From a virus (lineage: Duplodnaviria > Caudoviricetes), in the IMG/VR virus record IMGVR_UViG_3300011114_000970, positions 1-52,802 of that record: a stretch of 52,802 bases of DNA. The stretch is one strand, 5' to 3'. Positions 36,801 through 46,484 of this stretch are shown piece by piece; position 1 is the first letter of the stretch; each line of letters opens with the position of its first letter. Made by a program: the position numbers and the translations under genes. The notes under the pieces are model-generated. The model was given only the letters and a program-made list of their open reading frames with translations, was not told the DNA's origin and ran no database searches.

Positions 36801-37983
36801 TGATACAATTAATAGATCTCCAGACACAAGAGATAATCTTGCTTATGTCATTAGAGCTGATCCCCCAAGATATGGTTTACAAAACTACTCTCCTGATGTA
36901 GTTAATTTGATTGCAGAAAGAATAATTGCAGAAGGATTGGCTAATAATCAGGCTCCAAATGCCCGTCTACTGCAGGAATTCGCGCCACGTGGTAATGACC
37001 CCGCTGCATATCGAGATTATTACACAACAGAACACTCAGGTGCAAACCAAGCATTTGATCAAGTTATACAAGCAGAGCGCATGACTCCTGGAGCAATCCA
37101 AGTAGCAATCGCAAGAACAGATGGGGCAAGGAATAACCAAGAGGTTAGGCAGTTTTATAATTTAAATTCTCCTGCTGGTGTTGAGCAATTGAACCACGCA
37201 TTGCGTCGATACGTTGAAGGTCGTGAAGCTGGACCGCCTGATATATTTGCAGAGACGAATCTCCTCCCTGCACTAGCTCCGAGAGATATTGCTGACGAGA
37301 TCGTACCTGTGACTCTTCCTGGTCGTAATGGATTAGTCGGTAGATTAACAAATCTTCTAACTGAAGAAATAAGAAATCTACCTGTAGGAAGAACGGCGCT
37401 CACTCGCTATATCGAAACGCTAAATGAAAATCCCAATGATTTAAATCCTGATATAATAAATATCACAAGGACTTATGACGAAGCTCAAAGATTAGTAAAT
37501 TATTTAACTCAGATAGCGCAGAGTCGTCTTGATAATCTACCCGCAGATGTTCACCAGGAAGTAACCGCCCGTCTACCAGCTACCACGAACGACACACTTC
37601 CAGCGATTCGTCAACGACCCATGGGAGTAAACTTCCTATCAGATGCAATTGACACTATGCCTGTAGACGAGCATATAAATCACCTGCAAGAAATGTATGG
37701 ATCAATCGGTGACCAAATCGAAGATTTATCTAACCGCATGGATCAGCAACAGATTTTACGTTTGATTCGCGAATATGCAGATCAAACTGAAGCAATGGGC
37801 AATCAGTCAGCTGCAAATTCTGTTAATCAAGTTGGTGATACTTTCCGTGACATGATCATTGAAGCTTCTCGTCCAGAAGGTCATGCAACAGGTGGATTAA
37901 TTCAATCTTTTAAATCTGGCGGTGGAGTATCATTCGCAGATAACTATGACGCAATGCGTTACGAATTACTAAGGAATCAATAA
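33832..37983 (+). CDS. Large protein with central PcfJ-like domain, probably virion-internal
   Basis: ETEMLDHCIG...IASVRD...PAVTIEF...GYKNK; DAMRYEL at both termini; between terL and portal. Confidence 0.6.
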   Translation: MPYDELGNYISESVALDAMRYELAKRGSMPVRPGGSDVPYVASEVPQHYVAQPPPRPSSTATNIPQALADRLGLSAIPQAALAMASGFPAAVAKSMGYEGAGQAMQYEPTSLGGKEIAEGVARLPEKITGSTMGFGAVPELWNMRARGITPNDVRVMGANMRRIGNEIVEIPPDFRNAQSGGPKRQNAFGEPTLGVKAEAVASDIGDVLARRSAAGKSTVPYVSDFLPETNMYAVRNTGEGQLLTPIDLPGVNTRDLTNYGQMSQVNESALRFNAQTFRDQPIEQFNRYMDEFINPESVPDPIRKGWSKYFAERVQGLFPTATEKSESNEAWSQLIPPEEKNKYKMQFLEDFVAKPENKEIAKASGKDLPSVGEYKARVEAADKWLKGPFTNYVQKFVGTKEDPLLQLAEKGLTPSSPEMLLQEIEHDFSSSRRSALETRRTQAGFPEKGLYSEKVTAAEWKLDSAKGQERELSTQQNAIARRLNETNPGEDPAVLSPEFARLSNQVTAKVNEVEKLEKQLENLQLASAYETMSDYSIMPTTAGELKGEMTFVESQLFPKLAKTPDEAKMIDLSRTGTSGAGIEEAAREYVHDIITGALPINQISNMSFEKHVGQKAGVRAQVQEAKRIAAKEKINKLNAYSQERVNSTPEYLRFGNANVVEFNKTTPLEEIRRGLSFETEMLDHCIGSGGGGAGRKHFITGENRGHTPIIDPITGEIPTGSSGNDRGYVDSVRKGSTQIASVRDATTGYPAVTIEFKKKSDNKFDLGYVSGYKNKTPESIYRNATRDYLNSRADEIQGTGSELTGYDLYDQKNLTNRTLARMTDKTEHEVSMTQLAELPRFLTMSDLKQAVNGEIVDIPPLPARPSREMLPAVIPDQQIREYRSWINDRYPDLQDRINQVTEDLSDIDNGRVTASQFGLEEDQVEAFYNALANERRALSEQSRAERLAQGREMGNNDLETTLNDPIQADLDQAYNIVSESVRIRHPSIVDTINRSPDTRDNLAYVIRADPPRYGLQNYSPDVVNLIAERIIAEGLANNQAPNARLLQEFAPRGNDPAAYRDYYTTEHSGANQAFDQVIQAERMTPGAIQVAIARTDGARNNQEVRQFYNLNSPAGVEQLNHALRRYVEGREAGPPDIFAETNLLPALAPRDIADEIVPVTLPGRNGLVGRLTNLLTEEIRNLPVGRTALTRYIETLNENPNDLNPDIINITRTYDEAQRLVNYLTQIAQSRLDNLPADVHQEVTARLPATTNDTLPAIRQRPMGVNFLSDAIDTMPVDEHINHLQEMYGSIGDQIEDLSNRMDQQQILRLIREYADQTEAMGNQSAANSVNQVGDTFRDMIIEASRPEGHATGGLIQSFKSGGGVSFADNYDAMRYELLRNQ

Positions 37984-40529
37984 TGCCAGAAATGCCAATT
38001 CCGCAGGACTATAATCGTTTTATCGAAGGTGAAGAAAACGAAAGTGAACTCGAAGGCGAAGAGTCTGTTTTTGAATTGTTCGACAACGATGACGAAGTCG
38101 AAGAACTCCCTGATGGTTCAGCTATTGTACGTATGGACGAAGGTAAAGGTCCAGACGAGTCTCCTGATTTTTATGCAAACCTAGCCGACGAACTCGACAG
38201 CTGGGACTTAGACAAGGTCGCATTGAAGTATCTTGACCTCATCGAAAAAGATAAAGAAGCAAGAGAAGAACGAGACAAGCAATATGAAGAAGGTCTTCGA
38301 CGCACAGGTCTTGGCCATGACGCTCCTGGTGGGGCGCAGTTCATGGGTGCTTCCAAGGTGGTGCATCCTGTCATGGCGGAAGCTTGTGTGGACTTTGCAG
38401 CTCGGGCGATCAAAGAATTGTTCCCCGCTGACGGACCAGTAAAAACCAAGATAATCGGCGAAGTGACAGAAGAAAAAGTCAGCAAAGCGGAACGTAAACG
38501 CGACTACATGAACTGGCAGCTCACAGAGCAGATTGAAGAATATCGCGATGAAGAAGAGCAAATGTTAACTCAGTTGCCGCTCGGTGGATCGCAATATATG
38601 AAGATGTGGTACGACGATTATAAAAAGCGCCCATGCGCTGAGTTCGTGCCTATCGACAATGTTTATTTACCCTTTGCAGCAGCTAATTTTTACACTGCTG
38701 AGCGAGTCACAGAAGTCCAAGATATAACCCAAGAGCAATACGATATCCGTGTCAGCTCCGAGCTTTATATAGATTTAGAAGTTTACCGTAGCTCAGAAGA
38801 GCCAAACCAAACAAAAGCTGAAAAAGCCAACGACAAAATCGAAGGTAAAAAAGAGAATAGCTCGAATGTCGACGGCATCCGTCGAGTGTTCCATATATTC
38901 ACATGGCTCGAATTGGAAGACGATAAACTTTCTAAAGGCGAGCGAGCACCTTACATCTTGATGATTGACCAAAATGAACGAGCAGTGGTTGGTTTATACA
39001 GGAATTGGGAAGATGGCGATGACACCTATACAAAGCTGGATTGGCTCATTGAATTCAAGTTCATTCCTTGGCGTGGGGCTTATGCTATCGGTCTTCCTCA
39101 TCTCATTGGTGGTCTTTCTGCTGCTCTTACTGGTGCATTGCGTGCTCTATTGGATTCTGCTCATATTAATACAGCCCCCACGATGCTCAAGCTTAAAGGA
39201 GCAAAGATCAGTGGACAAAGCGTCACGATTGAACCCACCCAAATAACAGAAATTGAGGGTGCTCCTGGTGTTGACGACGTACGGAAAATTGCAATGCCCT
39301 TGCCGTTCAATCAGCCTTCGCCTGTGCTTATGGAGCTACTTGGCTGGCTAACTAACGCAGCTAAGGGGGTTGTTACCACTAGCGAAGAGAAGATCGCAGA
39401 CATAACAAGCAACGCACCCGTCGGCACGACGCAAGCATTAATTGAACAAGGCGCTGCAGTCTTTAGTTCAATTCACAGTCGTTTGCACGACTCTCAACGC
39501 AGGGTTTTCCGTATTCTCACAAGGCTCAATCGGTGGTACCTTGACGAACAACGTAAGGCTGAAGCGGTAGAAGATCTACCCATTTCTCAGGATGATTTCA
39601 GATCCAATGCGGATGTGATTCCTGTTTCTGACCCGCATATTTTTGCAGAATCTCAACGCTATGCGCAAATTCAGACTTTAGCTGCGAGGGCTCAAGCTAA
39701 CCCAGACCTTTATAACCGACTTGCTGTTGAAAAACGGATTCTCAAACAAATCAAGTTACCCGATATAAACGAGGTATTGCCTGACCCACAAGACGTAAAA
39801 GAGATGAATCCTGCATTGGAAAATGTAGCGATGACTTTAGGAAAACCCGTCGGTGCATTCCCTATGCAAGACCATTTAGCGCATCTGTTGTCCCATACGC
39901 AATATGCTGCTAATCCTGTGTTTGGATCTAACCCGATTTTGGCGCCTACCTTTACGCCAGCTTGTTTAGAGCATATAAAGCAACACTTAACACTTTGGTA
40001 TTTGAACCAAGTCGACACCTATGCTAGTGTTTCTTTGGGTAGACCTTTTAATGTTCTTAAAGTTGAACCCATCATGCGGGAAGCTCAAAAGCTCGTCGCT
40101 GCCGCAGACCAACACACGCAATTGGACGCTCAACAGCAACTCGGTCAGATGGTTATGCCTGTTATTCAGCAGATGTTGCAAACACTGCAACAAATGAAGG
40201 GTTCTCAGCAAAATATGGATCCTAGTGTTCAAGCCATTGTGCAAACTCAAATGGCAGAAACTCAGCGTAAAGCTACCAAAGATCAAGCTGATGTTCAGCT
40301 CGATGCGCAAAAGCTACTCGCTGATAGCAAAAAAGCGGAAGATAGAATCATTGCCGATGAGCAGATAAAGGCAGCTGAACTAACTCATGATATCAATACG
40401 CTGACCTTAGAAAGACAATTCGAAGCGCAACAAAATGCAGCTGAAGCGCAAAGAGCAGAGCAAGAAGCAGCACGGCAACAGCAAGAACAGTTACAAACAG
40501 CCGCAGCAATGCAGCAAGTTCAACCATAG
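37983..40529 (+). CDS. Portal protein
   Basis: 848 aa; VVHPVMAEACVDF, LPLGGS, NAPVGTTQALIEQG; Gln-rich coiled-coil C-terminus. Confidence 0.9.
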   Translation: MPEMPIPQDYNRFIEGEENESELEGEESVFELFDNDDEVEELPDGSAIVRMDEGKGPDESPDFYANLADELDSWDLDKVALKYLDLIEKDKEAREERDKQYEEGLRRTGLGHDAPGGAQFMGASKVVHPVMAEACVDFAARAIKELFPADGPVKTKIIGEVTEEKVSKAERKRDYMNWQLTEQIEEYRDEEEQMLTQLPLGGSQYMKMWYDDYKKRPCAEFVPIDNVYLPFAAANFYTAERVTEVQDITQEQYDIRVSSELYIDLEVYRSSEEPNQTKAEKANDKIEGKKENSSNVDGIRRVFHIFTWLELEDDKLSKGERAPYILMIDQNERAVVGLYRNWEDGDDTYTKLDWLIEFKFIPWRGAYAIGLPHLIGGLSAALTGALRALLDSAHINTAPTMLKLKGAKISGQSVTIEPTQITEIEGAPGVDDVRKIAMPLPFNQPSPVLMELLGWLTNAAKGVVTTSEEKIADITSNAPVGTTQALIEQGAAVFSSIHSRLHDSQRRVFRILTRLNRWYLDEQRKAEAVEDLPISQDDFRSNADVIPVSDPHIFAESQRYAQIQTLAARAQANPDLYNRLAVEKRILKQIKLPDINEVLPDPQDVKEMNPALENVAMTLGKPVGAFPMQDHLAHLLSHTQYAANPVFGSNPILAPTFTPACLEHIKQHLTLWYLNQVDTYASVSLGRPFNVLKVEPIMREAQKLVAAADQHTQLDAQQQLGQMVMPVIQQMLQTLQQMKGSQQNMDPSVQAIVQTQMAETQRKATKDQADVQLDAQKLLADSKKAEDRIIADEQIKAAELTHDINTLTLERQFEAQQNAAEAQRAEQEAARQQQEQLQTAAAMQQVQP

Positions 40530-40539
40530 GAGAAATGAA

Positions 40540-40818
40540 ATGACTGAAGCAATTAATGCCCACAAAAAGATGGCAATGGGTATGACAGAAGGCAACGTAA
40601 TGAAAAAAGGTGGTGGTGTAAAGCGCTATGCTTCAGGCGGTGCTGTTTCAAATTCCGCAGCATCAAATTTACCAGCAATGGGCGACAAAAAGAATGCAGG
40701 TGTCGACTTTAACGCAGGTAAGGCAAAAATCGCTAGTTTGAAAAAAGGCGGTCGTCCAAAAGGCGTAACAATTGCTATCGTCATGCCAATGCGGAAAAGT
40801 GCAGGTCGGGGTCGCTAA
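40540..40818 (+). CDS. Small basic head-region protein with three xxxGG motifs
   Basis: AGGAG RBS; MKKGG, YASGG, LKKGG. Confidence 0.7.
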   Translation: MTEAINAHKKMAMGMTEGNVMKKGGGVKRYASGGAVSNSAASNLPAMGDKKNAGVDFNAGKAKIASLKKGGRPKGVTIAIVMPMRKSAGRGR

Positions 40819-41007
40819 TTGAACCTAATCAGCGAGCTAATTGGTCGAATCAAAGAAAAACGTCAGGAGATTTCTGACGCTATGATAAATGGAAATTGTA
40901 TCAATTTCGAAAGTTATCAGCGTTTGGTCGGTCAAAGTATTGGGTTGCAAGAAGCTTTGCAAATTGTAGAATTACTAATTGAGGAGCAAAACAAGAATGT
41001 CGAATGA
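40819..41007 (+). CDS. Conserved hypothetical head-region protein
   Basis: YQRLVGQSIGL motif; TTG start. Confidence 0.65.
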   Translation: MNLISELIGRIKEKRQEISDAMINGNCINFESYQRLVGQSIGLQEALQIVELLIEEQNKNVE

Positions 41008-41419
41008 CATGGAGCAAACGCTTGCAGAAGCGTTCCCTACTTTAGATCCTTTGATGGCACCGTATGGTGCTCGAGTTCTGGTGCAATTAAGAGCTGTGAA
41101 AGAAAAAGTAACTAGTGCTGGAATTTATATTCCAGAAGAAACAAAAGAAACAGAGAAGTGGAATACCATGGTTGGAAAGGTAATTGCTATTGGACCACTC
41201 GCTTTTAAGATGCGTGAGACGATGCAACCTTGGCCAGAAGGTGCTTGGGCTAGTGTTGGAGATTTTGTCCGAGTCCCGAAGTGGGGTGGAGATCGTTGGG
41301 AAGTCGATTTTACAGATGAACAAGGGGCAAAAGGAAGCGCATTGTTTACTTTCTTCAATGACCATGAGCTAATCGGTAAAATTACAGGTGACCCTCGTGA
41401 TATCAAAGCATTCATTTAA
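40997..41419 (+). CDS. groES: GroES-like co-chaperonin
   Basis: PYGARVLV, TSAGIYIP, GKVIAIGP, VGDFV, NDHELIG. Confidence 0.85.
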   Translation: MSNDMEQTLAEAFPTLDPLMAPYGARVLVQLRAVKEKVTSAGIYIPEETKETEKWNTMVGKVIAIGPLAFKMRETMQPWPEGAWASVGDFVRVPKWGGDRWEVDFTDEQGAKGSALFTFFNDHELIGKITGDPRDIKAFI

Positions 41420-41439
41420 GTTTTGAAAGGAAAACTGTC

Positions 41440-42432
41440 ATGAATTCAACAGAAAAGATGGAAATGCAAGTGGATGAAGAGCAAGACGGCGGCGCTACAG
41501 TATTGCTGCCTGAAAATGAAGAGAATCCACAAGCTGAAAATGATGATTCTAACGAAAATTCGTCTAAAAATGACGAAAATGAGGAAGAAAAATTAGAAAC
41601 AAGTAAAAACGAAGACGTAGATGAAGATCGAGAAGCCATCCGTGCTGCTCGTCGCGAAGAACGTAGGCTTAAAAAGCAGATTCATCGTGAAAAAACATCA
41701 GAATCTAAGTATTTAATCACTGCACTCAAGAAACAAAACGAAGAATTAGCAGGTCGTTTGGCTTCTGTAGAGCGTAAAACTAGCGGTGCTGAGTTGGCTC
41801 GAGTTGATAAAGCCATTGAAGACGCTGGCGTGCAAGTTGAATACGCAAAGATGAAGATGAAAGAGTCTGTTTCTGGTAGTGACGGAGAAGGTCTAGCAAG
41901 AGCGCAGGAAATGTGGTATGAATCCAAGCGTAAGTTAGAGTCTCTCGAAGCAATCAAACAGCATGCGACACGGCAGATGACTCAGCCAAAACAGAATATT
42001 AACGTGCCAGACCCTCAAGTCCAGCGGTTAGCTTCTGATTGGATGGAGGACAATGCATGGTATGACCCGAATGGTCGTAATGAAGATTCTCAAATCGCTC
42101 AGATGGTGGATAAAAAGCTAACTGAAGAGGGATTTGACCCAACTTCTGAAGATTATTGGGACGAACTTGATACAAGATTAAAAAAGTACTTGCCGCAACA
42201 TTATAATACCAGTTATAATAATCCCAGTACCAAAAATCAAAGACCAAGGTCGGTAATGACGAGTTCAGGCAGAGAGACGATGGCAACAACCAAGTCCAAT
42301 GAGTTCAGGCTTAGCCCTGACCGTGTCAAAGCCATGAAAGAAGCAGGATTGTGGGACAATTCTGAATTACGTCAAAAAGCCATTCGCAAGTATGCCGAAT
42401 GGGATCGTTCTAATAAAAATCGAGGTCAATGA
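41440..42432 (+). CDS. Capsid scaffolding protein (putative)
   Basis: Acidic N-terminus, long coiled coil, NAWY...GFDPTSEDYWDELD..L, position before capsid. Confidence 0.7.
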   Translation: MNSTEKMEMQVDEEQDGGATVLLPENEENPQAENDDSNENSSKNDENEEEKLETSKNEDVDEDREAIRAARREERRLKKQIHREKTSESKYLITALKKQNEELAGRLASVERKTSGAELARVDKAIEDAGVQVEYAKMKMKESVSGSDGEGLARAQEMWYESKRKLESLEAIKQHATRQMTQPKQNINVPDPQVQRLASDWMEDNAWYDPNGRNEDSQIAQMVDKKLTEEGFDPTSEDYWDELDTRLKKYLPQHYNTSYNNPSTKNQRPRSVMTSSGRETMATTKSNEFRLSPDRVKAMKEAGLWDNSELRQKAIRKYAEWDRSNKNRGQ

Positions 42433-42965
42433 TGGATAATCGTTTAAAGAAAAACAACAATGCAGGTCGTGAAAATCGTGCAATAGATGACTCATCACGA
42501 GCTGCTCCTGAAGAAAAAATGGTTTCATCTGAAGAGCGTCGCAGGATGTTTCGCTCGGAGTGGATGCAAGAAGCATTGCCCACTCCCCCTCCTATTGAGG
42601 GTTTTCATTTGTGCTGGCTTTCTTCGAACAGTCAATACGATCCAATCCACAAACGTATTCGCATGGGTTATGTTCCTGTAAAAGCTGAAGAACTTCCTGG
42701 CTTTGAACACATGAAGATGAAAGCAGGCGAACACGAGGGGTTTGTTGCTTGTAATGAGATGCTGCTTTACAAGCTTCCTATGGAAATTTATCAAGAGATC
42801 ATGGCAGAAATGCACCATAATGCTCCGATGGATGAACAGGAAAAGATCAAGGTTCAGCAAGATCAGCTACTCAACGCTAAAGACAGTAATGGTAAGCGTT
42901 TGGGTCAAGTTGAAGGTGATGGGATGAATTTCGATTTATCTAAGCAAGCACCAATATTTGAATAA
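42429..42965 (+). CDS. Conserved head-region hypothetical protein
   Basis: LPTPPPIEGFHLCW...RMGYVPVKAEE. Confidence 0.7.
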   Translation: MMDNRLKKNNNAGRENRAIDDSSRAAPEEKMVSSEERRRMFRSEWMQEALPTPPPIEGFHLCWLSSNSQYDPIHKRIRMGYVPVKAEELPGFEHMKMKAGEHEGFVACNEMLLYKLPMEIYQEIMAEMHHNAPMDEQEKIKVQQDQLLNAKDSNGKRLGQVEGDGMNFDLSKQAPIFE

Positions 42966-43106
42966 AAATAATAAGCGCTAGAAATTTAGCGCTTAGAACA
43001 GTTATACTTTCAGTAAGCCTTAAAATCGCGATATGGTGATTTTGCAAATGCAGCTTTGAACAAAGCTAATATCAAAATTTTCATTAACCTTTTTAAGGAG
43101 TTAACA

Positions 43107-43673
43107 ATGTCTGCAACATCTGCTCCATTTGGCATGCGACCTTCTTTCCACCCTTCAGGGCTGGATCGTGCTGTCGTCCTTGCTGATGGAATCACGTCAG
43201 GCTATGCTTCGAACATACTAAAAGGTCAGCCAGTCGCTTTAAACACATCAGGAGTGATTATTATCGCTACTGCAGGTAGCGCCTACCAAGGTGCATTTGC
43301 AGGTGTTGAGTTTACGGATACTACTGGTCGTCGTCGTGTGTCGAATTATTGGCCAGCATCAACAACTGGTACAAGCATTACAGCGTACTACTACTCTGAC
43401 CCAAATATTGTTTATGATATTCAGGCAGATGGTTCATTAGCCCAAACATCGATTGGTGATCAAGCAAACTTTACAAACATCGCAGCTGGTTCTACGACCA
43501 CTGGTTTGTCAGCTTGCACGATTTCCACTTCTTTGGCGGGAACAAGCGCCGTCGGTGATATGCGTATCATCGGCTTATATAACGCAGTTGACAACGCATG
43601 GGGCGACGCTTACACGATAGTGCAAGTACAAGTCTCACGTAGTCAATACGTTGCAACCATTAACGCCATTTAA
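43107..43673 (+). CDS. Capsid decoration/cement protein
   Basis: MSATSAPFGMRP..., DPNIVYDIQ; immediately upstream of the capsid gene; TAAGGAG RBS. Confidence 0.7.
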   Translation: MSATSAPFGMRPSFHPSGLDRAVVLADGITSGYASNILKGQPVALNTSGVIIIATAGSAYQGAFAGVEFTDTTGRRRVSNYWPASTTGTSITAYYYSDPNIVYDIQADGSLAQTSIGDQANFTNIAAGSTTTGLSACTISTSLAGTSAVGDMRIIGLYNAVDNAWGDAYTIVQVQVSRSQYVATINAI

Positions 43674-43687
43674 GGAGGGATTGAACC

Positions 43688-44602
43688 ATGGCAGCTCCGA
43701 TGAGAAGTACGGATTTCCGTTCAATCGTTGAACCGATCCTAAATGAAGCATTTGATGGCGTATACGACCAACGTGCTGACGAGTGGAGTACAGTTTTCCG
43801 TGAGCAATCGGGTATTCCACGTAACTACCACGAAGAACCTGTGTTGTATGGTTTTGGTGCAGCCCCTCAGTTACCTGATGGCAGCCCTGTAACCTATCAA
43901 CAAGGTGGCGTGCTGTTCTTACAACGCTATGTTTACCAAGTATTTGGTTTGGCATTTGCTTTGACTAAAGTTCTAGTCGAAGACGGTGACCACATCCGTA
44001 TTGGTCAAGTATATGCGAAGCACTTAGCTCAATCTTTGGTGGAAACCAAAGAACTGTTATGCGCTAACGTATTGAATCGTGCGTTTAACTCTTCTTACAC
44101 TGGCGGTGACGGTGTTGCTTTAAACAGCGCATCACATCCGATTGTTAGCGGTACATTTAGCAATTTGTTAAATACTGCAGCTAACTTGTCACAGACCTCA
44201 CTCGAACAGATGTTGATTCAAGTGCGTCAAGCTGTTGACAACAATGGCAAGAAAATCCGTTTGCAACCAACTAAATTAGTTGTTGCTCCTGGAAATGTAT
44301 TCCAAGCAGAAGTTCTGTTGAAATCCGTACTACGTACTGGTACTGCTAACAATGACATCAACCCAATTAAATCAATTGGATTGTTGCCTGAAGGCGCATC
44401 AGTTATTAGTCGTTTGACTTCAGCTACTAACTGGTGGGTCGAAACTGACGCTCCAGAAGGTATGAAACTGCTCATGCGTCGTGCTTTAGAAAAGACCATG
44501 GAAGGTGACTTCGAAACTGATAGTATGCGTTACAAAGCTACCGAGCGTTATCAGGTAGGTTGGACTGATCCTCGTGCTATGTTTGGTACGCCAGGAGTTT
44601 AA
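43688..44602 (+). CDS. Major capsid protein
   Basis: GFGAAP, ANVLNRAF, GGDGVAL...HP, LVVAP, EGDFETDSMRYKATERY..GWTDPR; strong RBS and terminator. Confidence 0.92.
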   Translation: MAAPMRSTDFRSIVEPILNEAFDGVYDQRADEWSTVFREQSGIPRNYHEEPVLYGFGAAPQLPDGSPVTYQQGGVLFLQRYVYQVFGLAFALTKVLVEDGDHIRIGQVYAKHLAQSLVETKELLCANVLNRAFNSSYTGGDGVALNSASHPIVSGTFSNLLNTAANLSQTSLEQMLIQVRQAVDNNGKKIRLQPTKLVVAPGNVFQAEVLLKSVLRTGTANNDINPIKSIGLLPEGASVISRLTSATNWWVETDAPEGMKLLMRRALEKTMEGDFETDSMRYKATERYQVGWTDPRAMFGTPGV

Positions 44603-44610
44603 TGTTGTGC

Positions 44611-44642
44611 AAGAGGTCGAGTCAAAAGCTCGATCTCTTTTT
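44611..44642 (+). terminator. Intrinsic terminator after the capsid gene
   Basis: AAGAGGTCGAG-TCAAAAG-CTCGATCTCTT followed by T tract. Confidence 0.85.
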
Positions 44643-44678
44643 AATTAACTATGTCTAAGCTTTTCAAGGAGAAAGACA

Positions 44679-45644
44679 ATGCCTCAATTTTCAGATGACT
44701 TATTTCTAGGTTCAGCGCAAGGGTTTCAAGGTACAGGAGTCTATCCTAATTCCACCACATTTACTGGATCTATCGCTACAACAACTCTTACTGTAACAGC
44801 TATGCTTTCAGGCGACCCAATTACAGTTGGAATGTATTTATCAGGAGCTCAAGTAGCCACAGCAAATGCCTATATAACAGCTTTTGCTACTGGTTCTGGC
44901 GGCACTGGTACATACACCATTAGTGCTTCACAAACGTCTTCAAGTGCAACAATTGTCGGTGCAGGCAATGCCTATCTTAATGATCCTACGAGCATGGATC
45001 TGGGCGTTGGACCCATGGGCAGATTCTATTTATTTGATGTTGTTCCACAAACACTAAACACAAGCAATGTTTGCGCTTCACAAACTGCAACTGCATCTGG
45101 TGCTTTAGTTCTAACTGCTGGTACAAATGCTAAATCTGTTATAAATGCAGCTGGTACAACAGTGATTCAATTAGATTGTCCTCGCGCATTGAAAGTAAAT
45201 TGTTCCACCACCGCTCGTGCATTTACTGTTAGTGGTTTTGACATTTACGGACAAGCAATGAGTGAAATAATTACTGTCGCTATCGCCGCTACTGCTGTAG
45301 CTGGACTAAAAGCGTTTTATCAAATCTCTGGAGTAACAATTGCGGGTTCTGCTACAGCTTGCGTAGTTGGAACAACTGATGCAATTGGTCTACCTGTTCG
45401 TTGTATTGATGCAGGTTATATTGCTCGTGCAGGTTGGAACAATACGCTTGCTGAAAACGCTGGAACTTTCGTAGCCGCCGCAACCGCAACCGCTACAACT
45501 ACTACAGGCGATGTTCGTGGAACTTATACTCCGTCTAGTGCTACTGATGGAATTAAGCGTCTTGTAATGGCAATCGGTTTACCTGGAATTGCTTCAGGTC
45601 CAAATGCAACCCGTACTGGCGCTTTTGGCGTCACACAAGCTTAA
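44679..45644 (+). CDS. Virion structural protein (head fibre/decoration-like)
   Basis: Thr/Ala/Gly-rich; [15 protein letters not shown]; follows the capsid gene. Confidence 0.65.
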   Translation: MPQFSDDLFLGSAQGFQGTGVYPNSTTFTGSIATTTLTVTAMLSGDPITVGMYLSGAQVATANAYITAFATGSGGTGTYTISASQTSSSATIVGAGNAYLNDPTSMDLGVGPMGRFYLFDVVPQTLNTSNVCASQTATASGALVLTAGTNAKSVINAAGTTVIQLDCPRALKVNCSTTARAFTVSGFDIYGQAMSEIITVAIAATAVAGLKAFYQISGVTIAGSATACVVGTTDAIGLPVRCIDAGYIARAGWNNTLAENAGTFVAAATATATTTTGDVRGTYTPSSATDGIKRLVMAIGLPGIASGPNATRTGAFGVTQA

Positions 45645-45654
45645 GGAGAAGACC

Positions 45655-46440
45655 ATGGGACAATTTAAACCAATGCCTAAAATGGAAACAACTGAGCCAT
45701 CTGTTGAGCTAAAACTCAAAAAAGGTGGCAAAGTAAAAATGCAAATGGGCGGTGTTGCGCCTATGATGGAAGCTCCTGCTCGTCGCGGAATGCCTATGGC
45801 GATGCCTACTCGTCGTGGTATGGCTATGCCTGATCGTCGTGGCGCACCTATGCTTGATCGTCGTAATGTACCTCCCGCTGCTTTACTCCGTAAAAAGGGT
45901 GGAGAAGTAGAAACAAAAGACGAGATGCGTGATGAAAAAGACGAGATCAAACGTGTTGAAAAAGAGCTCAAACGTCACGAGGGAATGAAAGCTAGTAAAG
46001 GTCATAAAGGTCTTAAATCTGGCGGTCGTGCTATGTCTCCCAAAGCAGGTCCAGACATGGTTGGTGGATTAGCTGGTGGATTAAATGCCACCCGTGCGAA
46101 TTCAAAAATGACTACAGGCGCTGTTCGCAATAGCAATGCTGGTGGATACAAAAATGGCGGTGCTGCTAAGTTCTTAGCAAATATGTCTAATGGTGCAAAT
46201 CCTAAACAATTGTCTAAATCAACAGGCGCTGTTAAGAATGGTAAGCCAGCAGGCTATAAAGATGGTGGAGCTGCTAAATTTATCTCCAATATTTCTTGTG
46301 GCGAAAACCCTAAACAACTCCCTAAATCAACAGGAGATGTTAAGAACGGCAAACCAGCTGGTTATAAAGATGGTGGTTTTTCAGGTATGTCTACCAGTTC
46401 TTATGGTCATAAGGCTGGCGGAAAAATGATTAAGTGCTAA
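45655..46440 (+). CDS. Basic low-complexity protein with eight xxxGG motifs and a 36-aa tandem duplication
   Basis: LKKGG, MQMGG, RKKGG, LKSGG, YKNGG, YKDGG x2, HKAGG; TAAGGAG RBS. Confidence 0.75.
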   Translation: MGQFKPMPKMETTEPSVELKLKKGGKVKMQMGGVAPMMEAPARRGMPMAMPTRRGMAMPDRRGAPMLDRRNVPPAALLRKKGGEVETKDEMRDEKDEIKRVEKELKRHEGMKASKGHKGLKSGGRAMSPKAGPDMVGGLAGGLNATRANSKMTTGAVRNSNAGGYKNGGAAKFLANMSNGANPKQLSKSTGAVKNGKPAGYKDGGAAKFISNISCGENPKQLPKSTGDVKNGKPAGYKDGGFSGMSTSSYGHKAGGKMIKC

Positions 46441-46443
46441 ATT

Positions 46444-46470
46444 GGATAGGAGCTTCGGCTCCTGTCTTTT
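46444..46470 (+). terminator. Intrinsic terminator
   Basis: GGATAGGAGC-TTCG-GCTCCTGTCT followed by TTT. Confidence 0.88.
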
Positions 46471-46484
46471 AATTGGAGAATTAA

